DNA from: Vicugna vicugna | Lineage: Eukaryota | NCBI GenBank assembly: GCA_013265495.1 | Contig: MU058687.1 | Span: 1,924,001-1,988,000, forward strand | Length of the DNA stretch: 64,000 nt | Direction of reading: 5' to 3' | Shown: in pieces, positions 38,982 to 49,885 of the stretch | How positions within the stretch are numbered: position 1 is the first letter of the stretch | Layout: every line of letters starts with the position of its first letter | The notes under the pieces: generated by a model | What the model saw: the letters and a program-made list of their open reading frames with translations, nothing else | The model's database searches: none | Told to the model about the DNA's origin: nothing | Made by a program: the position numbers and the translations under genes

Positions 38982-39189
38982 CCTCCCTCCCATGAAGTAA
39001 TTTTAATGTTTTAAACAGGCACAGGAAAAGCCGAGCCCATTTGAAAAATACTTTGCGAGTCCTCTCGATCGACGTGGTAACTGAACTTTTTTTCCCCTCT
39101 TGGAGTCACTCCTGCTACACGTTGACTGTTTTTCTGGAAAGTTACTCCGATGAATCCCTTCCCTCCTTCTCCCCCAACTCCTTCGCCCT

Positions 39190-39960
39190 CTCGCCAGCTG
39201 TCAGTCCGTCCTCTCCTCGGCCCGTCTCTCGCTCCCTTCCTGGCCCCCTCCGTCCTGGGCCACCCCCGGGCCAGGCGGGACACTGGGCAGGGGCAGGAGA
39301 GCGCATGGGGCCCGACGGGGGCAGCCGTGCCCACCCTCGGTGGGGGTGACGCCCGCTCTTGGAGCGGGGTTGGCGTTGGGTTCAGCTCCGCGGCGATCCT
39401 GGCCCCGATTCTTCATTGACAAGATCGGAGCCGGGTGGCTTGCTGAAGCTTGGAGATGCTCCAAGGGCATTGAAAAATGGTGGCGTTTTCCGGCAGATCG
39501 AGGGTGCCCTCTGGCGAGGCGAGGCCGCCAGTGAAGGAGGCTCCGCAGGTCTGAGCCGGGAAGGCTGGTAGGGCTGGGGCGGGGGTGAGGCTAGGGCCTG
39601 GGGAGAAGGGGCTACGAAAGAGGGCGAGGAAAACAAGACTGGGTGCCCTGGGGAACAGCTCCCCTCTCGGCCCGACGTGCGCGCAAGTGCACCTCTCCCT
39701 TCCCGGAGCCCCGCTGTGCAGCGGCTCTCGCAGAAATGTCCTCCAGATGTTCGCGGCCTCCCTCCCCGCCGAGGGTTCCGCAGGGAGCCGGGCCAGCGAG
39801 CGCAAAGTCAGCAGTTGGCCCGAGCCCATTTCCCAGATGGGTGAGGGGAGGCTTTCTCTCCGCTTTCGTTTTTTCTCAGCCTTAAGCTTCTAGGTCTTTT
39901 CCCATCAAAAGCTTAGGGAATGCAAGCCGCAATGCGCGCCCCGCCCCCGCCCCCAACACA
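39190..39960. promoter_or_regulatory. CpG island upstream of TGFB3, with GC boxes (~39937-39952)
   Basis: Visibly high GC content and CpG density. 'gcgcgccccgcccccgccccc'. Confidence 0.75.
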
Positions 39961-40984
39961 GGATTGTCTCTGAACTGATCACTTTCCTGGGAATCAGTGC
40001 TGCTCCCCACCATCCCCTCCCACCTCACCCAAGCTTTTCTGACCCTTCCTGCGGAGTCTGGTTCCTGCCCGGGGCTCCTAGGTCACTAACGAAAGGGATG
40101 TTTTTTGCATCTCCAAGGCAGTGGTTGGTCAGTTTACAGCTGAGGAAACTGAGGCACCGAGCGATTTAAAAGGCTACACTGCTAAAGAGTAGTGGAGATG
40201 ATATTTAACTAGGGCTCTCCAGTTTGGGAGGGCATTATTTTTATTTGCATAACAAATGGGGAATCCTAGGTGTAGAAAGCTCAAAGTAACTTACTTCTGG
40301 GTTACTTTTAGATCTTATAGCCAATGGGTGTCAACACTGAGATTTAGACCCAGCAAATCTATTGCCCGAGTCTATGCACTTAATTAGTATGCTACGCTGC
40401 CTCTGGAATTCACTGTCATCTGAGGAATATATCTGATGTCAGCTATATGCCAGGCACTGTTCTAGAGGCTGTGGATGCAGCAGTGAACAAAACAAACAAA
40501 ACCTTGCCTTTATGGAGTTTACTTTCTAGAGGTGGAAGCGGGGCAAAAGGAAGGCAATAAATAAAATAAATATGTAAATAATGTAGTATGATAAAAGATA
40601 AGTGCCGTGGTGGAAAATAAAGCAGGCAAGAAGTTTAGGGAGTACCTAGGTTGGGGGCGGGGGAGGACGCTATAATTTAAAATCAGAGAAGGCTTTACTG
40701 GGGCCTTTAATTAAATACTTGCAAAATGGGAGGGAAAATTATTAAAGTAATATTCTTCTGGATTCCACCTATACCAAATCAGAGTCTACAGGGATAGAGC
40801 CCTGGCACATGTATTTTTAACAAACGTCACAGGTGAGTCAAGTGCCCAGCATGGTTTGGAAGTCACTACACCAGGGCTTCTGTCTTCCCAGAGTGAGCAC
40901 CACTCACCTTTTGCTTTCAGGAAGTTGGGGAAGAAGTTGGAGTAAAGATTTGGAAACTGGCTATAAGATGGTGTGGTTCTGAGC

Positions 40985-41439
40985 TATGGGAGAAAACTAG
41001 AAATGGAGTCAGTATTGCTAACACAGCTCTCTCAAATGGAACCAGAAGGCCATTGAGGAAGTGTGAATTATGCAAGTCTCAGCCTGGATAAAATCTGACC
41101 TTTTGACCACTTATTGTCCTAATGAAAGTATCCAGAAGATCTGCCAGAAACTCAAGATATTTATCAGACCCCTACCCTGTAGTCACTCGTGACAACCTAT
41201 CTATGTATCAGACCCTTACTCTAAAATAACTTGTGATTCTTTAAAAACAAATCTTTCCTTTCTTATGTCAGAGTCCAGACTCCTGGCTTTTGCCTTTGTA
41301 AGCCCCTGACTCTTTCTCTTCCCTGGAATACTCTTTTGATTTTACCAGAATCTGTGTCTCTCAAATTACAATTATTAAGACCCCCCCAACAATAAATCTC
41401 TTTTTTCTTTGCAGCCTTTATCCTGATTGTTGTTTGACA
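40985..41439 (+). mobile_element. Solo ERV1-type LTR between the TGFB3 and IFT43 promoters
   Basis: ~455 bp. Starts 'tatgggagaaaactagaaatggagtcag', has AATAAA at 41391-41396, ends 'ttgaCA'. Flanked by direct repeat GAGC(T) at 40981 and 41440. Confidence 0.65.
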
Positions 41440-41936
41440 GAGCTCACAGGAAATGGATAAATCCAAAGATTAATCCCTTCTTCCTCATCTGATGCCAAAG
41501 AATAAAGGAACAAGGGATTCACTGAAGCCCATATTCCATCCATCTTGGATTTTTGGCAATGAATGTTTCTTCAGGTTAAAAATCAAATGATGTATTATTC
41601 TCACTGAGAATCAGAGTTAGTGAGTAGAATATTTTAAGGGTAATCTCTAAGGATGACTGCAAAGAAGGAAGCTGAGGTCCAGGGAGGGCTCTGCTTGGCT
41701 ATATAAGTAGTTATAAGCAGAGCTAGGATGAAGCTTCAACTCTTCTGACATCCAGACAGTACTGTTGCTGTCACAGGCATGCTAACATATGTAAATATGT
41801 GTGCGTGAATGGTTGAACTGAATAATTTAATGGATATTAAAGAAATCCCACATTCTAGTTTTAGGGTCACTACTCCCACTTCCAAGTCTTCACTTTTAAG
41901 AGGTAGCCATCTAAGCCTTACCCCCAGCATGATGTT

Positions 41937-41974
41937 GGGGACATTGTTCACTTTCGGGGACATTGTTCACTTTC
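41937..41974 (+). repeat. Perfect 19-bp tandem duplication ggggacattgttcactttc x2
   Basis: 41937-41955 is identical to 41956-41974. Confidence 0.9.
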
Positions 41975-42799
41975 AGGGCCATAAGCCCACCTTCTGGGGG
42001 TCTCAGCTGAGGGTCCCCCGTATCAGGGACCTGGTCAGTGGTATTGACGTGGGGATCTCACGTGGAGAATCAGTGAAGAATCAACTCACTTGCCCCATTA
42101 GGCTGGGAATTTGGTGACCATCTTCCTCTGCTGGCCTAGAAGAATGGCTGGCACCTCGTAATATGTGCCAGAGAAATATTCTTTAGTAAGATCTGGTGTC
42201 AGAAAAGCACCTGGCTCTGCCACTGAACACTCAGGTGATTCTCCTCAAGGTACTGCTCTGCATGTGAGTGTCTTCAATTGTTGACTAGAGATACTACTGC
42301 TGTTCACGGGGTGTTCGAAAGATTATTTGTACTTTGGAAAGTTATTAACACTCAGGTATTTGATGTGTTGATTCAGCCTCTTTGTAAACTTCTGGAAGGC
42401 AGAGATTACATATATGTATATATATTGCACTTTTCACTATTAAACCATTTATTATCACCTGACCCCCTGTGTGAGTGTTTTCTCATCTGTCCAGTGGGGA
42501 CAATACAACTTGCTTCCCACACAAGGTAGTTAGGGGCTTCCCATGAGCTAATAGCTGTGAAGGTCCTCTGTACATTGCAAAGATCTATGCAAACAGAAGA
42601 AATCAGCATAATTGCTACTATTAGTAGTAGTGCTTTGCACTTAATAATGTGTGTATTTGAACAGAGCTACAAATGTAGGCAGTTTCTAAAAACTAAAATT
42701 TTTCAGTGTCCCCCAGGAGCACCCTTAGCAGGATTTACTATCTGGGGATTTCTTCCAGAAGTCAAACAAGGCAGGTTTAGGAAAGATTTGGTTTAAACT

Positions 42800-43280
42800 G
42801 GAGGTTGGTACGTAGTATCCAGGAACAACGCGGCGGACCCTTTAAGTATTGGGATGAAAGGGCGGAGCCGTCGTCAGGGACGCGACAGGGACGCTGGGTT
42901 TCCAGGAAGTGACGTCAGGCTGTTGCGGAGATGGACGACGTGCTGGACCTAGGCGAGGAACGACGTCGCGGCTCGGCCACCACCGTGAGGACCGACTCGG
43001 GGGGCTTGGGGCCAGGAATTGGCGGGTGGGGAGGAGCTACCCCGCCCGCTCCGGCTTCCCTGAGGAGCCTTGGCCCAGCGTGTGCCTGGCGGCCCGGGCG
43101 GCCGGGCTCCGAGCCGCTCTAGGGTGAGGCCGGGGAGGAGGCGGCCTCCTTCGCCCCGCCCCTGGGGCAGCGGAGAGCTTCTCCGCTGCTGGCCTAGGGT
43201 TTGCTTTCTATAAAATCCTCAAAGAGTGGAAAACAGAACCTGCCCCCGCCGGCCTCTGGGACCGATGGGAAATCTCCCAG
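42800..43280 (+). promoter_or_regulatory. IFT43: IFT43 CpG-island promoter: GC box (42860-42867) and overlapping ETS-CRE motif GGAAGTGACGTCA (42905-42917)
   Basis: CpG-dense, no TATA box, perfect TGACGTCA 13 nt before the ATG. Confidence 0.75.
42931..42984 (+). CDS. IFT43: Intraflagellar transport protein 43, coding exon 1: MDDVLDLGEERRRGSATT
   Basis: Strong Kozak 'gagATGG', donor ACC|gtgagg. Resembles recalled human MEDLLDLDEELRYSLATS, and synteny fits. Confidence 0.88.
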
Positions 43281-43818
43281 CTTCTCTCTGCTCTCTGGAG
43301 CTCCAAGTGCCAAATCCCCTAGAATGGACAGATCTGAGGGTGACTGGCCGGGGTCGCATTTGGACTCATTCTAGAGCTTTGCCCTTGGGACTTCTCATGC
43401 CAGAAGTTTACGTAAAAACCGCTCTGTTTTATGCTTGGAAGGAAGGTAGGTAGACAGGAAGGGCCTTTCTTGCCACTGATCCCCATGGGGAGGTGGGCTT
43501 TACCTCAGTTTTATAGTTCAGGAAATCAGGAGTCAGATTTATAACGAAGAGTGGCTAGGTGCTTCAGGGGCCCAGGGGTCAAGCTGTATCGTGCGTTAAA
43601 AAATAAAAGTTAGCCTCCCGGAACCTCGATTTCCTTATCGCTAGAACAGAGATGTTGATGTCTGCTTCAAGGAGTTGCAGTGAAGATGAAATGAGATATG
43701 CATGGAAAGCATTTAACACTGGCTGGCTAAATTATTAGATGTTAGCTGCTGTTGCTTCTGAGGCTGTGATTTACCCAAAGTTATAAATAAATAACAGCTA
43801 GATTCAAGACCTAAGCTC

Positions 43819-43864
43819 GTGTGTGTGTGTGTGTGTGTGTGTGTACGTGTACGTACGTACGTAC
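43819..43864 (+). repeat. (GT)n microsatellite grading into (GTAC)n
   Basis: gtgtgtgt...gtgtacgtgtacgtacgtacgtac. Confidence 0.9.
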
Positions 43865-45671
43865 CCTATCACAGCCCCATCAAGCCTTTTTGCCTTTAAA
43901 ATTATCGAAGTTCACAGTCCCTAAAAGATTGACCCACAAGGCAGGTCTTTGGTTTCTGCTCTGGGATCCCCACGTGGTTTGAAAGTGCCCTAGTTACATC
44001 AGATGTCCTTTCCTACTAGAGAGGAACTATGAGGAATGGGAGCAGATTGTTCTAGGATGAAGCAGGTTGCTTGACCAAAGGAGAATGTTGAGTCACCAGG
44101 TCTTTCTGGTATGTGAACTCTTTTAGTACCTGGGGATGTGACTGTAGTTATTCATTCATTCTTTCAACAAATATTTATTGAACCCCTGCTGTGTATCAGC
44201 CATTAATTGTCTTAGGTGCTAGAGATATACCAGTGAAAAAAACTAAGTTCCTGCCCTCATGAGGCTTACATTCCAGTGAAGGAGGATGGACAATAAACAG
44301 ACTATACATTTAAAACAGACAAAATCAGGTATTAGTTTTTCTACCAGTCATTCGTGTAGATTTATACAGGGTCTTCAAAAAGCTTAAAACTTAACATACT
44401 TGACAGTTACTGGAGAAACCATCTATAAACAGCATTTAGGGACAAGATCCTTGAATGTTTGTTTGAATATAATCACTGCATGTAGTATGCCATATTCAGG
44501 TGCCCAAAGTTACGATAAATGGAAAAGGGCAACTAGGCAAAGGGCTGGAATTGTCTGCCTTGGGAAGGAAGTGAGCTGCTTATTGTTAAAAACATTGTTT
44601 CCATCATCTCTGAAACCTAAATGATTGGTTAGAATTTGACATGTAAACACTACATTAGGAGTTTTACACAGCTCTCGTGTAATCTCTCTGTTTATTGGTG
44701 CAGTCGGTTCTTAGAACATCTTAAAACTGAAATTTCAGCAGGGTATAGTGGAAAGAACTCAGGATGTGAAGACAGGAGATTTTGCTCCTGAATTTACATC
44801 TGCCACTCATTGGCTTTCCTGGGACTAAGTTTCCTCTTTTGTAAAAATTGTAACATGGCCTCACTCTCAGTCCCTGTTATTGTAAAATCAAATGAAGCTA
44901 CATCAAATGAGATGGAAAAGTCCTTACATTAATGCTGTTTTTTAGAAAAGCAAACAACTGAAAAATATAAACATTTCAACACCCATTAGTCTGCCTAAAT
45001 CAAGTTTTGTGTATGTGTTGGGAGGCATTTGGGACACAGAGCCTCCACCCCAGGAGGGCTTTGGAAACACCTGCAAGTGGTTCATTTGATGACTTGGAAT
45101 TTGAAGTGCTCTGATTTCCAAAGCTGATGTCTCAAAATTCTTGTAAGAGCTTTCCTTTAATGTCTGTAAGTGCAAACCAATGTATACGTCAAAGCAAATG
45201 CTATCTGTATTTCTCTGGTTTCAGCTGCCATGGAATTTAGGAATTCTTTCCCCTCAAAACACCTTTCTGATAACTATTTTCAGGCCGAGCTGCATCTTTG
45301 AAATTAGGCCTTCTTAAAATCCCACATAGGAACATGGGAGCCTTGACCACACTCTTCCTGAGCTGTGGCATGAGGTCCCTGCCCATTCTAGAGGAATTTC
45401 TAGCTGCATTTCTTTGGTAGAAAATATCTGTGGCTGTTAATAGAAAACATAATCAACACGTGGAATTCCTGTTCTCCTACCATGTGGAACTGACCTCAGG
45501 TGCTTTGTTTTAAGAGTCTGGAGCATTTTCTAAGTATACATTCAAGTTACTCAAATCCCATCCTCCACCAGGTCGTCATAAATCCATTCCTTGCTTACCT
45601 TCCCAGAATTGTCTTCCTCATAGTGGCTCAGAGACGTTTGCGCCAGCAGTTCCCCTCATCTCTCCTTACAG

Positions 45672-45764
45672 GGGGCCAAGATGGGTCGCCGAGCTCAACA
45701 GGAGTCCTCTCAAGTCGAGAATCATCACAGTGGCAAGAATTCCTTTTTGACTCTGACTGCAGAG
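45672..45764 (+). CDS. IFT43: IFT43 coding exon 2 (93 nt): [31 protein letters not shown]
   Basis: ctccttacag|GGG ... GAG|gtgggt, phase 0-0. [11 protein letters not shown] matches IFT43. No further IFT43 exon recognised in the window. Confidence 0.92.
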
Positions 45765-48700
45765 GTGGGTGTTAAAAAAACTCTGAAGAAATGCACTCTA
45801 ACAGGTAGTGATTACTCAGTGAGCCAGGATTTGGTCTTCTAAATTTTTTCCTCTTTCTTCTCTTTAATGCCAGCCTTCTTCCTATCTTGACTTGGGGATG
45901 CCCTTCCTCAGCATTTGTCCTATTAGCAAGAAATGAAAGAGGAACTCTCTTTTTTTGATGCCGGAGCAGTTTCTGTGCATTGCTTTATATGCTCAATGAA
46001 GAAGTTTTGTTAAGTTAGCTGAAAGCCAGGGGCTGGGAAGTTTCAAAATCCAGTCAAAATCCGGGTTTTTATTCCTGCCAGATAAATGCCAGTGAGGCAT
46101 GCTGGTGACGTAAAGTTGGATTACACAACTGCACGTTTGCTCTCGGCAGTGACCTGCGCTTTCTGCAGTCTTCGGGCAGGAAGGCGATCTTACTTTCCTG
46201 GAAACTCTTCCGAGTGGCCTGGAATCGTGGGAATTTATCCAGCTGCTTTGCGGAGGGTGGGTAATCTTGATGAGCAATGCTTTTAATGCCAGGGCACTAT
46301 TTTCAGCAGTTTCCTCAGAACTTCTTTTTACCTTCTGTCCATCTGAAAAAACTTTGCCCTTTTCAAGTGCTGGCTTATGGATGATCCTCTCTGCCAGGTC
46401 TTCCTACTTTCTCCAGGCTGACTTAGGGCTCTGACCTCGCAGTTGTCCCTAGTACCTGTTATAGAACATCTCACATTATGTGCTAATTTGCTTTTCATGC
46501 GTCTGGCCCACTGGACAGTGAGTTTCTGGACAAACAGGTGACCTGGCTTCTCAATTGCCCAGCTCACTGGCCCATGGTAGGTTTATGACAGATATGAGGG
46601 CATATATGCTGGGAGGCCTACTGGGCCAGGCAGGTGCCTGTTGTGGACAAGATGCAGACACACTTGACTTCCATGTCACTTGGGTAGGAGTATCCTTCAC
46701 TTCCATAGGAAATAAATTCACCATGTCTTTAAGCGTTCCATGTGGCCCTTTCAGTTTATCTTTCATTTTCTCACTGATCGTAGAGATGTGGCTACAGAGA
46801 ATTATTTCTCCTCTCAAATAACAACCATGCCAACACAGAAAAGCTGGTGACTAACCCCTGGCCTCACTGCCTGAAGCCAAAGGTTGGGAAGCAGGATTGA
46901 GAGGTCGAGGGAACCAGAGGCCACAGGTACCCCCTGAAGGGGTAACCACCCCATAACTGCAGCCAGCTAGTATTGTTGGGTGTACAGGTCCAGTATTGCC
47001 AGATCTGATTTCCCAAGAGATTCTGGCAGTCTGAAACTTTATGTGAGAGCAACACATTTTTAGCAGTTAGCTACTAATTATAAAAACTAAATCACCACAT
47101 GGGCGAGATTAGGCCTGAGGACTGTCAGTTTGTGACTCAGGCCCTAGCGCCTCCCTTGCAGAGCTTATTACACTGTAGCCTAATTGTTCACCGGCCTGGA
47201 TGCCTCAGAGGATGTGTGCTTTTGGAAAGTGAGGGTTGTGTGTCACTATCGTCCCCCTGGCACAGAGCAGGCATGCAGTTGTCCCCACAAAGGATCACAG
47301 GGAAGTGTGTAGTGTGTGACGAGGGCTCCCAGAAGCCAAGTAAGAGCGTTACAGGGTTGGGGGCAGCAGATGGTGGCACACTGGAGGCAGGTGACTAGGG
47401 ATGGTGGCATAACGTAGGCAGACAGTGAGAGAAGACATACCAGACCCAAGCCTGGATCTCAAGGAGCTTGAACTGCAGTGGTGTATGTCTGTAAAGAGAA
47501 GATGGGCAAGCCAATGACTGGGTTCATGGACATCCACTCTTGGCCTGTGGCCACTTTAGACCATGGGTCTAGAAGGACCCATCCCAACACCAGCTCATTT
47601 GTTCATTTATTTAACAAGCAATTTTTGAAGCTTCCTGTGTTCTAGGCACCATTGTAGGGGGTTGGCATATTTCAGTGAACAAAAGAGACATAATCCCCTG
47701 CTGTAATGAAATTTATATTCTTGTGATCACTGGCAGCCACAAAGACTGACTACAAGCCTATTTAATTGTGAAGGAGATTGTAGCCACCCATGGAGGTTGG
47801 GCGAGTGAGCCTGAGATGGGCCAGGATGTCCTGATGGCCTTGAAGCCCCGTGTGGTCCCCATTCCACCTCAGCTTCCAGGCTGGGCTCAGTGGGCATGAT
47901 TCACCTACACTCCCATTCCTCTCGGCTCGCGGGTGAGAGTCAGTACTGTGAGCACCAAACTCCGGAGTATAGACTGGTGAACCTCTCAGAGATTCGGCCT
48001 TTCTGGAATCCCTACACACTTCCCCAGAGGCATTTACCTTGTTTTTTTTCCCTTACTCTGAGCCTTAGCATTTTTCTGGGAGAACATGATGAAAAGTCAT
48101 TCTATTCTTCACCCAGCTGGTGCCTCTGACAGCGAAATGCCATTTGGAATTCCAGGATTCTTTCTCTCCCAGAGCTAAGTGAGGTGTAAAGCAGTGCGGG
48201 CAGCCTCCCCCGGGGCCAGATGCACACTGTGCTGCGTGGGACTCTTTGGCTGTTTCTTTCTAAAATTAGATTGTAAGACTTGTGTGTGTGCCCATTTACA
48301 TTCCAATTCTGAGTATATTACTTGATATATTTATTTTTGTCCTCTCACTGACTATATTTGAGGATGAAGCTATTTATGAAAATGTAAATATGGTACCTGG
48401 GGGCAGTCAGACATACTGGAGTTACTTTAGAGTTACGTAGGAATTTGTTCAAACAAACGATTATTTTAAAGCGAGGTGGTGGGGTGGGGCCTGGTGGAGG
48501 CAGCAGAGCAGCGGTCCTCAGGCGTGGCATCAGAAAAGCAGGCCTCGAGCCTGGGCCCTGCTAACTGCCTGGATTGTGAACAGACACACTAATCTCACTA
48601 ATCCTCCAGGTCACTATCTGTAACAGTTCCATTAGGTTGACATGAGGATTAAGTGAGATATGCATTTAAAAGCACTTTAATGAACTGAGAGGCATTGTTA

Positions 48701-49399
48701 CAAACATTCATTCATTCAATAAGCTGGTGAATAAGAGAATATTTGGACAGAGCTTTGCTGTTTTTATTAAAGGGCCACAGAGAAGGTGCTTATAAGCCTG
48801 GATCTCTTAGAACCGATCTGGAAGTCTCTCCAAGGGCTGCTTCTCATTTCTCCGCAGGTTGACTAGCAGTGATCTGAAGCAGGTTCTGTGCTTCCCGGGC
48901 GCAGTGGGCATTCCTCATGGACAGCGGATAAGAGCATGGTCCTTGGGGTGCTGAAATCCTGACTCTGCCGCATGTTAGCTCTGTGACCAAACAAAGTTAC
49001 TCTTTAAGCCTCTGTGCCTCATTGGTAAAACAGGGTTAATAATCTACAGTTGTGCCTGCTTTGGTCCTTGAGAGTTAGACATTTTTCCAATTTGGTTGTG
49101 ATCATTTATAAATTGGGAAACTTTATGTGAAAATCCAGCTCTGGGGCTCCTCTTGGAAACCAGAAGTTGCGGCCCAGCGGGCAGGCTGGGCTGGCATTCG
49201 TCCCTACACCGCAGTAGTTGGCTGGAGTTGCTAACGGTGCCGGCTTACACGCGGCCTGCCCTCTCCAGTTCCCCGTTTCTTACTTTTAATACACCTGGTC
49301 AGATTTACTCACATTGATCTGCCCGGTTCCTATTTCCATATGAGTTTAAAACTCCTGGTCTTTTAGGAGGGATTAATTTTCAGGTAGCCTCGCACATTT

Positions 49400-49885
49400 A
49401 TTAGTATTGAATTTGGCTCCATGCATCAGAAACTCAACCCCAGGGCTTGAAGCAAACAGGAGTGATTTTGCTCCCTGCAAGAAGTCCAGTGGAGGGAAGG
49501 TGCGGTTACTGGACAATGTCCTGCTTTACCCTTGCCCCTTCCAGACACCTGCTCTGCCGTCTGGAGATTGTGACTTGTTCTTATGGTTGCTGATGCTGGC
49601 TGGTTGTTCCCCAGGGGTCAGATCTGTATCCTTGGCAGGGAAAGAGAGAATAGTACAAGAGTTCATGGTGCCTGCCAGTGAAGTGTGTCCCTTCCTATCA
49701 GGAAACAATAGCCAGAAACCTCACCAAGGAGACTTCTAGTTACATTTCATTGGTCAGAACTGGGCCTTAAAACTGCCTTAAGTTTCAAGGGTGTTTTCAA
49801 CTGGGCAAGTTGCCACACTGTCACATTGGGGTTTCTTGGTTAGGGAGAAGAGGAGTGGCTATTGAGTAGGGAATTTGCAGTAGAC
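49400..49885. mobile_element. Degenerate MaLR (MLT1-like) LTR
   Basis: 'ttggctccatgcatcagaaactcaacc...gcttgaagcaaacagg...aagaagtccagtggagg' and 'gacttctagttacatttcattggtcagaactggg'. Confidence 0.5.

Noticed and set aside
37480..39893. Many 60-155 aa ORFs antisense to or upstream of TGFB3 exon 1
   Set aside because: Stop-poor GC-rich CpG island or antisense-of-CDS artefacts, many with non-ATG starts and none resembling known proteins.
42985..43122. Continuation of ORF 42931..43122 beyond ..SATT
   Set aside because: Read-through into intron 1. The donor at 42985 joins exon 2 in frame to give the recognisable IFT43 sequence.
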